DNA of 61,891 nucleotides from Streptosporangiaceae bacterium (GTDB lineage Bacteria; Actinomycetota; Actinomycetes; Streptosporangiales; Streptosporangiaceae): NCBI GenBank assembly GCA_050012355.1, contig JBEKHI010000001.1, positions 1 to 61,891 of the forward strand, read 5' to 3'. Shown piece by piece: positions 54,726 to 61,891 of this stretch (position 1 is its first letter; each line of letters starts with the position of its first letter). The notes under the pieces were generated by a model. It saw only the letters and a program-made list of their open reading frames with translations, ran no database searches and was not told where the DNA came from. The position numbers and the translations under genes were made by a program.

Positions 54726-55712
54726 ATGCGCTACGCGTACCTGGGTCCGGAGGGAACGTTCACCGAGGCGGCACTGAAGTCGATGCCGCCGGGATCAGAG
54801 CCGGCCGAGGCCGTCCCGTGCCCGACAGTCCAGGGGGCGCTCGCCGCCGTCCGTGAGGGTTCCGCGCAGCGGGCGGTCGTGCCGTTGGAGAGCTCGGTGG
54901 AGGGCATCGTTACCGCGACGGTGGACGATCTCGCGGCCGCTGCCGACCTGATAATCATCTCCGAGCTTCAGCTGCCGATCGCGTTCGCGCTGCTGACCTC
55001 GGGTGCGGCCGCACTATCGGATATCAAGACGGTGGGCGGGCACCCGCAGGCACTCGCGCAGTGCCGTCACTGGCTGCACGACCGTCTTCCGCACGCCGAG
55101 CAGATTCCAGCCGCTTCCAACGCGGAGGCGGCCCGCCAGGTCGCCGAGGGCACCCTGGACGCCGCGCTAGCGGGCTCGTTCGCCGCTGAGAGATACGGGC
55201 TGACCATCACCGAGGACGACGTACAGGACTCGTCGGCGGCGGTAACCAGGTTCGTGGTGGTTGGTCCGGCCGGAGAGCCGCTCCCCGCGCCGACCTCGGT
55301 GGACCGGACCTCGCTGGCAGTCTTTCTCACCGAGGATCATGCGGGAGCGCTGACAGAGATCCTCACCGAGTTCGCCGTCCGGGGGATCAACCTGACCACG
55401 ATCCAGTCCCGGCCCACCGGCGAGGGGCTCGGCCGGTACTACTTCTTCATCGACTGCGAGGGCCACCTGGACGACGCCCGGGTCGGCGAGGCGCTGATGG
55501 GGCTGCGCCGGGTATGCGGCGACGTCAGGTTCCTCGGCAGCTACCCGCGCTGTGATGGCGGCGCCACCCACGTCCGGCCAGGCACCTCGGACCAGGAGTT
55601 CGCGGAAGCAGCCGCCTGGCTAGGCCGCCTCCGCTTCGGCCGCTCGTTACCCGCCGGTGCTGGCTTCCTGGGACTGTGGTCCCCAGGAAGCCAGGAAAAC
55701 CATTACAGGTAG
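54726..55712 (+). CDS. pheA: prephenate dehydratase
   Basis: YLGPEGTFTEAA, TRFVVVG and an ACT domain (GALTEILTEFAVRGINLTTIQSRPT). The 3' end overlaps the convergent bpa by 10 nt. Confidence 0.85.
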   Translation: MRYAYLGPEGTFTEAALKSMPPGSEPAEAVPCPTVQGALAAVREGSAQRAVVPLESSVEGIVTATVDDLAAAADLIIISELQLPIAFALLTSGAAALSDIKTVGGHPQALAQCRHWLHDRLPHAEQIPAASNAEAARQVAEGTLDAALAGSFAAERYGLTITEDDVQDSSAAVTRFVVVGPAGEPLPAPTSVDRTSLAVFLTEDHAGALTEILTEFAVRGINLTTIQSRPTGEGLGRYYFFIDCEGHLDDARVGEALMGLRRVCGDVRFLGSYPRCDGGATHVRPGTSDQEFAEAAAWLGRLRFGRSLPAGAGFLGLWSPGSQENHYR

Positions 55713-56239
55713 GGCCCGGTGCTGTGCGACGGCGCCTGCAGCTGCTCGGGGTCGGCGGGAACCATCCCAGGCGGCAGCGCCCTGCGCATCTGCTCGAGCT
55801 GGGCACGCGCGGCCATCTGCTGCGCGAACAGGGTGGTCTGGATCCCGTGGAACAGCCCCTCGAGCCAACCGACGAGCTGAGCCTGTGCGATCCGTAGCTC
55901 GCCCTCGCTGGGCGGGGCGTCGTCGGCGAAGGGCAGCGAGAGCCGCTCAAGCTCCTCGACCAGTTCAGGCGCGAGACCGTCCTCAAGTTCCTTGATGGAG
56001 GACTCGTGGATCTCCCTGAGCCGGACACGGCTCTTCTCATCGAGCGGCGCGGCCCGGACCTCCTCAAGGAGCTGACGGATCATGCTGCCGATCCGCATCA
56101 CCTTCGCGGGCTGCTCGACCATCTCGGTGACCGGCCGCTCCCGCCCACCTTCCCCGTTCTCGCCGCCGCTCAGGGCCAGGCCATCTGGCCCGACAACCAG
56201 GACCTGCGGTGGCCCTCCTTCGGCGTTCGTTTCGCTCAT
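55703..56239 (-). CDS. bpa: bacterial proteasome activator
   Basis: Near-collinear with mycobacterial Bpa as I remember it: VEQPAKVMRIGSMIRQLLEEVRAAPLDE, ELRIAQAQLVGWLEGLFHGIQT, FAQQMAARAQL. The C-terminus is GPYL, an HbYX-type variant of GQYL. Confidence 0.85.
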   Translation of the reverse strand: MSETNAEGGPPQVLVVGPDGLALSGGENGEGGRERPVTEMVEQPAKVMRIGSMIRQLLEEVRAAPLDEKSRVRLREIHESSIKELEDGLAPELVEELERLSLPFADDAPPSEGELRIAQAQLVGWLEGLFHGIQTTLFAQQMAARAQLEQMRRALPPGMVPADPEQLQAPSHSTGPYL

Positions 56240-56244
56240 GCTCC

Positions 56245-57231
56245 CTAGTCTTCCACGCGTCCGGCACCGGTCAGCAACACGATCTTGCCGATATGAGTGC
56301 TCTCTTCCATGATCCGATGTGCCCGCGCCGCGTCCGGCATCGGTAGCTCCGTATCGAGGACCGGAGCGACCTGGCCGGACTCGATCAGCGGCCAGATTTC
56401 CGCCTGGACGCCCTGGACCACCAAGGCCTTCTCGGCCACTGGGCGGGCGCGCAGCGTAGTCGCGAACAACGCTCCGCGTTTTCGCTGCAAGGCGCCGAGG
56501 TTGATCTCGGCCGTCATGCCGCCTTGCATGCCGATGATCACCAAGCGGCCATTGAGCGCGAGTGCGTCGATGTTCCTCGCTAGGTACTTGGCGCCGATAA
56601 TGTCCAGGATGACGTCGGCGCCGCGGGCGCCAACCTCGGCGACGAAGTCATGAGTGTGATAGTCGATCGCCACATCCGCGCCCAGCTCCAGGCAGCGCCG
56701 CAGCTTCTCCGGCGAGCCGACGGTGCAGATCACCCGCGCGCCGATCGCCTTGCCGAGCTGGATCGCGGTTGTCCCGATTCCGCTGGACCCGCCGTGCACG
56801 AGCAGCGTCTCGCCCGGCTGGAGCTTCGCGATCTGGATGACATTGTTGTAGACCGTGCAGAAGGTCTCCGGTATGGCACCCGCCATGGTGAACGAAACGT
56901 TCGCCGGCTTGCGGAGCACCTGGGCCGCGGGTACGACGACCTTCTCGGCGTAGCCGCCGCCGGCCAGCAGGGCGCAGACCGCATCGCCGAGGTGCCAGCC
57001 GGTGACTCCGGGGCCGACATCGGCGATCGTTCCGGAACATTCGAGCCCAAGATAGGGCGGCGCTCCGGGTGGAGGAGGATAGAATCCTTGGCGTTGCAGC
57101 AGGTCAGCCCGGTTCACGCCCGCAGCGGCGACGTTGATCACTACCTCGCCGTCGCCCGGTACAGGATCGGGGACTTCCTCCCAGCGGAGCACATCCGGAT
57201 CTCCCGGCTCGGTTATCACGACCGCGCGCAT
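56245..57231 (-). CDS. qor: NAD(P)H:quinone oxidoreductase (MDR/zeta-crystallin family)
   Basis: MRAVVITEPGDPDVL, GLECSG and the Rossmann motif VHGGSSGIGTTAIQL. Confidence 0.8.
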   Translation of the reverse strand: MRAVVITEPGDPDVLRWEEVPDPVPGDGEVVINVAAAGVNRADLLQRQGFYPPPPGAPPYLGLECSGTIADVGPGVTGWHLGDAVCALLAGGGYAEKVVVPAAQVLRKPANVSFTMAGAIPETFCTVYNNVIQIAKLQPGETLLVHGGSSGIGTTAIQLGKAIGARVICTVGSPEKLRRCLELGADVAIDYHTHDFVAEVGARGADVILDIIGAKYLARNIDALALNGRLVIIGMQGGMTAEINLGALQRKRGALFATTLRARPVAEKALVVQGVQAEIWPLIESGQVAPVLDTELPMPDAARAHRIMEESTHIGKIVLLTGAGRVED

Positions 57232-57305
57232 GGGTCGCTCCTCTCGCGGGAACTGCATGTTGTAAAGGTCTGGTAGCAGTATGGCAAGCTGGGAAGACGA
57301 GGCCC

Positions 57306-59102
57306 TTGCACGCCCCCCATTTGGTGAGGAAGCCCGTGATACCGAACGAGCACGAAGCTCCCGATCAGGGACCCGCCGAGTCCTCGGCGCTTGAGACCCC
57401 GCTGTCCTTCGGGTCTGTCGAGCCCCCTGAGTCCGCTGAGGACGAGGATCTGGACCTGAATGCCGACGCTAACCCGTTCTCGTCGGTGAACCCGCCGGCG
57501 GCTCCGCGGCTGCGCCCGCGAGAGGCCACGCCAGAGCCGGAGGCCGAAGAACCGCCCGAGCATTCGTGGATCCCGGACTACCGGCAGCGGCGGTCCAGTC
57601 CCTTCGATCCGCGGACCGCGGTCCCGCTGCCGCCTCATGGCTGGTACGCACAGGTCCCGAGCATGGAGCCGCTACCGGACCCGAATGTGCTGCCGCAATC
57701 GGCCCCCGCGCTCGACCCGGCACTCGCGCCCCCGCTGCCGACGCCCGCGCCGCCGTCAGCCGCGGCGCCGTCATCCCCGCCGTCGTCAGCCGCGCCGCGG
57801 CCGGTCACGTCCGAGCCCGCGGTGTCCCCGCCGCCCGCGCCTCCGTCGGCTGAACCGCTGCCCGCTGCGCGCAACGGCGCATGGGCCGCCACCGCCCGCC
57901 CGCCGGCGACGGCGCCGCCGTTGCCGCAAGCCGCGCCCTCGCAGTCGCCGACCCCGCAAGCCGAGCTTCCTCCGGTGCAGCCCGCCCAGGCTCCGCCCAC
58001 GCAGGCTCCGCTGGTTGCGGCCCCGACGATGCCGGCCCCGTCCGCGGCCTCCCGCGGGTACGCCCAGCAGGGTTATCCGAGCGAGCTTCATCCCCTTCGG
58101 GTGGATGAGCGGAGCGCGGGGGAGCCACCGGCCGTCGTTCGGGAAAATGCCGACAGTCTCACGACCGAGGCGTTGCTGCATGGCAAGCGGGTACCGCCTG
58201 GGTCCGGGTGGCGACGTACGGTCTACCAGGCGACGGGCGGGCTGGTCAGGGTCGGCGAGTCAGCGGCGAACCTACGGCGTCGTGACCTAGTCAACCGAGC
58301 GCGGACGCCGGTCGCCGGCGGTCACCATCGCGTCGCGGTGATGAGCCTGAAGGGTGGCGTGGGGAAGACCACGACCACCGCGGGACTCGGGGCGACGCTG
58401 GCGTCGCTGCGCGGCGACCGGGTGATCGCGGTGGACGCGAACCCGGACCGCGGCACGCTATCCGACAAGGTGCGCCTTGAGACCTCTGCCACCGTCCGCG
58501 ATCTGCTGAACGAGCGGGACCAGGTATCGCGTTACGCCGATGTCCGCGCGTTCACGTCGCAGGCGTCGAGCCGCCTCGAGGTCCTGGCGTCCGACCGGGA
58601 TCCCGGAGTGTCGGTGGCGTTCAGCGCCGAGGACTACCGGCAGGTGTGCCGGATGCTCGAGCACTACTACTCGATCTGCATCACCGACTGCGGGACCGGC
58701 CTGCTGCACTCGGCGATGTCCGGCGTCCTCCAGTTGGCCGATCACATCGTGCTGGTGAGCTCTGCCTCCGTGGACGGCGCGCGTAGCGCCAGTGCCACAC
58801 TCGACTGGCTCGACGCTCACGACTACGGCGACCTGGTGCGCGACGCCGCGGTCGTGCTGTCGGCGATCAGGCCCCGTTCGAAGTCGACGGTCGACCTGGA
58901 CCGGCTGGAGCAGCATTTCGCCGCCCGTTGCCGCGCCGTGGTCCGTATCCCCTACGACTCGCATCTGGAGGAAGGCGCCGAAGTAGAACTCGACCAGCTC
59001 TCGGCCGAAACAGCGGAGGCCTATCTCACCCTGGCCGCCGTCGTCGGCGACGGGTTCGCGGTCCCCAGGCGAGCCGCGATCCGCGCCCAGGGTCCGGCGT
59101 GA
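57306..59102 (+). CDS. MinD/ParA-family ATPase with ~260-aa Pro/Ala-rich N-terminal region (EspI-like architecture)
   Basis: Deviant Walker A VAVMSLKGGVGKTTTT and the IAVDANPDRGTLS block. The N-terminal half is low-complexity P/A/S. The start is uncertain. Confidence 0.75.
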   Translation: MHAPHLVRKPVIPNEHEAPDQGPAESSALETPLSFGSVEPPESAEDEDLDLNADANPFSSVNPPAAPRLRPREATPEPEAEEPPEHSWIPDYRQRRSSPFDPRTAVPLPPHGWYAQVPSMEPLPDPNVLPQSAPALDPALAPPLPTPAPPSAAAPSSPPSSAAPRPVTSEPAVSPPPAPPSAEPLPAARNGAWAATARPPATAPPLPQAAPSQSPTPQAELPPVQPAQAPPTQAPLVAAPTMPAPSAASRGYAQQGYPSELHPLRVDERSAGEPPAVVRENADSLTTEALLHGKRVPPGSGWRRTVYQATGGLVRVGESAANLRRRDLVNRARTPVAGGHHRVAVMSLKGGVGKTTTTAGLGATLASLRGDRVIAVDANPDRGTLSDKVRLETSATVRDLLNERDQVSRYADVRAFTSQASSRLEVLASDRDPGVSVAFSAEDYRQVCRMLEHYYSICITDCGTGLLHSAMSGVLQLADHIVLVSSASVDGARSASATLDWLDAHDYGDLVRDAAVVLSAIRPRSKSTVDLDRLEQHFAARCRAVVRIPYDSHLEEGAEVELDQLSAETAEAYLTLAAVVGDGFAVPRRAAIRAQGPA

Positions 59103-59142
59103 CGAAGTCGCCAAGCCCGTTCGTCGGTAAGCTAGAGGTGTT

Positions 59143-59231
59143 GGAGGGCTCGCCTAGTGGCCTATGGCGGCAGTCTTGAAAACTGCTTGGGGTGGGGACA
59201 CCCCTCGTGGGTTCGAATCCCACGCCCTCTG
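59143..59231 (+). tRNA. tRNA-Ser (anticodon TGA)
   Basis: Manual fold: acceptor GGAGGGC/GCCCTCT (G1-U72), anticodon stem GCAGT/ACTGC with loop CTTGAAA, a long variable arm (GGGGTGGGGACACCCC) and T arm GTGGG-TTCGAAT-CCCAC. Confidence 0.85.
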
Positions 59232-59371
59232 CTGATCCAACCACCCGCGTAGCGGCGCCCCCGGCGGGCCTCGACTTCACGTACGAAATTGCCCTTCGGA
59301 AAGGCTTTTCCTCGAGTTTCCAGGGGCCATTTCATACGTGAAGTGCCCGCGACGATAGCCGTTTCGGGCCA

Positions 59372-60991
59372 GTGCGGCCCTACCCGCATTCTTTGATGGG
59401 CAGCGCCGCACCGCCCAGAAGCGGCAAGTCGTCTCGGTCCGTGTCCGGGATGCGGCACCATGTAATGGTGCCGGATTCGCAGCCATTCACTCACCTGGGC
59501 GTGCCCAACGCCCAGCAGTACCGCGCGATCCTGACCACGTTCTCCCGCGCCAAGGAGCGGTTCATCGTCCACCTGCGGCCTGAGGACGTGGCCGCCGAGT
59601 TGCGTGTCAACGCCGACGAGCACCTGACCGAGTCGCTGGACCAACTCGTCGTTTGGGGGAACCTGCGGGCAGACGCGGACACCGGCCGGGTCACCACCGT
59701 CGAGGACTTCCACCGCAAGCGGAACCTCTACCAGCTCACCAACGAGGGTCAGGCGGCGGAGCAGGCGATCACGTTCTACGAGGAGGCGATCGGAAGGCGC
59801 GGCCAGCTCCAGTCGGTCGCCCTCAACGATATCGCCGAACAGCTCCAGTCCCTCAGGCAACTCGCGGCCCAGCCGGACTCTGACCCCGCGAAGACCCACC
59901 TGCTGCTGCTGTCGGTCGCCGAGCGGTTCTCGAGCCTCGCCGACAACGCGCAGGCGTTCATGTCCGCGCTGCGCCGCGCGATCGACTTCTCCGACGGCGA
60001 CGTGGACGGCTTCCTGGCCTATAAGGAACGGCTGATCGATTACATCAGCCGGTTCATCTCAGACCTGGCCAACGAGGGGTCACGGATCGCGAAGCTGCTG
60101 TCTGAGCTCGAGGAAGCCGGTCACGAACGGCTGCTCACCCTCGCCGCCCGCCGCGAGGCCGCCGACGCGGTCCCCGAGGGTGCCGACGCCGCCGAGTCGC
60201 TGGTAACGGCCGAGAAGGAAGCGCTGGACTCGTGGCGTAACCGCTGGCGCGGCCTGCGGGACTGGTTCATCTCCCGCAATAATGCTCACCCGAGCCAGGC
60301 GCGGTTGCTGCGCCAGGCGGCGGTCACCGCGATCAAGCAGCTTGTCGACGCGGTCGGGCTGCTCAACGAGCGACGTTCCGGACGCAGCGACCGCAGTGCC
60401 GACTTCCGGGCGCTCGCGCGCTGGTTCGCGCAGGCGCCGGACGATGATGCCGCGCACCGCCTCTGGCGGGCGGCGTTCGGCTTGTGTCCCGCACGGCATC
60501 TGTCCGTGACCGGCGAAACCGCCGACGCCTGGACTGACATCGCTGCCATAACGACGTGGGCAGCTGCCCCGCCTATCCGCATCTCCCCGCAGTTGAGGAA
60601 GACGGGCAGCTACGAGCGCCGAGGTCAGCCCCTCAAGGTTCGCGACCGGTCCGCTGATCGCGAGCTGCTTAGGAAGCAGGCGGAATATGAGAGCCAGCAG
60701 ACGGAGGAGGCCCGGCGCCGTCTGCAGACTACGGGCCCGACTCTGCTGTCGGAGCTGGGCGAGCTGGATTCGCGAGCGTTTCAGCTGTTCCTGGCGCTGC
60801 TCGGTGACGCGCTGGCCGCTCGCAGGCCGGGGGACACCGAGGTGAAAACGACCACCAAAGACGGCACGCTCGAGGTGCGGCTGTCGCTGGTGCCCGGCGG
60901 CGGGGATGTCGAGATCCGGACCGCGGACGGGATGTTCACCGGGCCGGAGCACGTCGTCGAGATTCACGCCAGCATGATGAGCACAGCATGA
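59372..60991 (+). CDS. DUF2397/TIGR02677-family protein (type II Wadjet JetA-like)
   Basis: FTHLGVPNAQQYRAILTTFSRAKERFIVHLRPEDV and GRVTTVEDFHRKRNLYQLTNEGQAAEQAI match my memory of the TIGR02677 N-terminal signature. The real start is probably ATG 59450 or 59465. Confidence 0.7.
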   Translation: MRPYPHSLMGSAAPPRSGKSSRSVSGMRHHVMVPDSQPFTHLGVPNAQQYRAILTTFSRAKERFIVHLRPEDVAAELRVNADEHLTESLDQLVVWGNLRADADTGRVTTVEDFHRKRNLYQLTNEGQAAEQAITFYEEAIGRRGQLQSVALNDIAEQLQSLRQLAAQPDSDPAKTHLLLLSVAERFSSLADNAQAFMSALRRAIDFSDGDVDGFLAYKERLIDYISRFISDLANEGSRIAKLLSELEEAGHERLLTLAARREAADAVPEGADAAESLVTAEKEALDSWRNRWRGLRDWFISRNNAHPSQARLLRQAAVTAIKQLVDAVGLLNERRSGRSDRSADFRALARWFAQAPDDDAAHRLWRAAFGLCPARHLSVTGETADAWTDIAAITTWAAAPPIRISPQLRKTGSYERRGQPLKVRDRSADRELLRKQAEYESQQTEEARRRLQTTGPTLLSELGELDSRAFQLFLALLGDALAARRPGDTEVKTTTKDGTLEVRLSLVPGGGDVEIRTADGMFTGPEHVVEIHASMMSTA

Positions 60992-61891
60992 TCCCTGCCG
61001 AGGAGGAGGCTCAGCGGCGCGCGGCGCTGCGGGCGCTGCTGGCCAGGCCGTTGCTGCTCGCAGAGACCGACGCGGAGACACTGGTGCTGGTCAGGCGGCA
61101 CGTCACCTGGCTGCGTGACTGGCTGAACCGGGAGACCGGCTGGCGGCTGACCGTCGACTCGGAGTCCGCCCGGTTGTTCAAGACAGCCCCGGACGGTACC
61201 GATCCGACCCACCCCGCGCGCGGGCACAACAAGGAGCCGTTCGGTAGGCGGCGGTACGTGACGCTGTGCCTGGCGCTCTCGGCGCTGGCCCGGGCGGACG
61301 CGCAGACCACGCTGGGCAACCTCGCCGACGAGGTCCTTACCGCGGCCGCGGAGCCTGAGCTGGCCGCCACCGGGTTCATGTTCACCCTGGACAGCCGCGC
61401 CGACCGGTCCGACCTGGTCGCGGTGGTCCGGCTGCTGCTGAGCTGGGGCGTTCTCAGCCGGGTGGCCGGCGAGGAAGAGGGGTACCTCAGCGGTACCGGC
61501 GACGTGCTGTACGACGTGCACCGGAACGTGCTGGGGGTGCTGCTGACGGGGCACCGCGGTCCGTCGACCGTGACCGCCAGAGGCTTCGAGGAACGGCTCG
61601 CGGAGCTGACGCAGGAGCCGGTGGCCGACACCGATGACCTGCGTAACCAGGCGCTCAGGCGGCGGCTCACCCGGCGGCTGCTCGAGGACCCGGTGCTCTA
61701 CTACGACGAGCTCGACACCGACGAGCTGACGTACCTCACAGGACAGGGCGGGCAGCGGCACGCGATCACCCGGCGCATCGAGGAGGCCACCGGGCTGATT
61801 CCCGAGATACGCGCCGAGGGGATCGCGATGGTCGACCCCGACGACGAACTGGCTGACGTGAAGATGCCGGAGCAGCGCACCGACGGACACG
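60988..61891 (+). CDS. DUF2398/TIGR02678-family protein (type II Wadjet JetB-like), 3' end outside window
   Basis: Not in the ORF track because it has no stop in the window. The start overlaps the previous stop (ATGA at 60988-60991). It translates as MIPAEEEAQRRAALRALLARPLLLAETDAETLVLVRRHVTWLRDWLNRETGWRLTVDSESARLFK..., and the frame stays open to the window end. The listed minus-strand ORFs here are antisense shadows. Confidence 0.7.
   Translation, partial: MIPAEEEAQRRAALRALLARPLLLAETDAETLVLVRRHVTWLRDWLNRETGWRLTVDSESARLFKTAPDGTDPTHPARGHNKEPFGRRRYVTLCLALSALARADAQTTLGNLADEVLTAAAEPELAATGFMFTLDSRADRSDLVAVVRLLLSWGVLSRVAGEEEGYLSGTGDVLYDVHRNVLGVLLTGHRGPSTVTARGFEERLAELTQEPVADTDDLRNQALRRRLTRRLLEDPVLYYDELDTDELTYLTGQGGQRHAITRRIEEATGLIPEIRAEGIAMVDPDDELADVKMPEQRTDGH

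Noticed and set aside
57306-59102. The ParA/MinD-like protein with a Pro-rich N-terminus as evidence of a type VII secretion (ESX) locus.
   Set aside because: The architecture resembles EspI. However, no WXG100, EccB-E or MycP genes are in the window, so no ESX call is justified.

Overview
This is a high-GC actinobacterial chromosome segment; hand-counted backbone samples are about 75% G+C. The backbone is the conserved cell-division and cell-wall signalling locus: ppiA, rhomboid, crgA, class E sortase, pknB, a pknA-like kinase, pbpA, rodA, pstP, fhaB, fhaA and tRNA-Leu. It is flanked by housekeeping and regulatory genes, including two two-component systems, a comA-containing five-gene operon, an S53 peptidase with ricin lectins, arcA between partner-switching genes, pheA, bpa and qor. 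Three accessory patches stand out. (i) At 1.8-8.3 kb there are two translationally coupled giant ORFs (1226 and 949 aa) with no signal peptide and patchy lower GC. The first has an N-terminus that looks P47/OrfX (TULIP)-like and a charged coiled-coil tail. The second has Gly-rich tracts, a long helical region and a C-terminus reminiscent of the Tc-toxin A-subunit pore and TcB-binding end. They converge on a LAL/LuxR regulator. (ii) At 20.0-26.1 kb there is a mobility-gene-free islet. It holds a RosmerTA-like pair (unknown protein plus an XRE-HTH/ImmA-peptidase fusion) and, as my top candidate for a novel system, a low-GC RelA/SpoT-like (toxSAS-type) gene whose 3' end overlaps the start of a 1024-aa HerA/FtsK-like ATPase. 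(iii) From 59.1 kb to the window end there is a tRNA-Ser-adjacent type II Wadjet-like locus (DUF2397/JetA-like, then a DUF2398/JetB-like gene running off the window and missing from the ORF track). Other notable items are a dense DnaA-box cluster in an AT-rich spacer (26369-26445), an in-frame twin-palindrome/(VP)n insertion inside an adenylate-forming ligase, a HipA C-terminal remnant and several structured repeats. All family calls come from motif and architecture recognition by eye. No database search, HMM or structure prediction was run.
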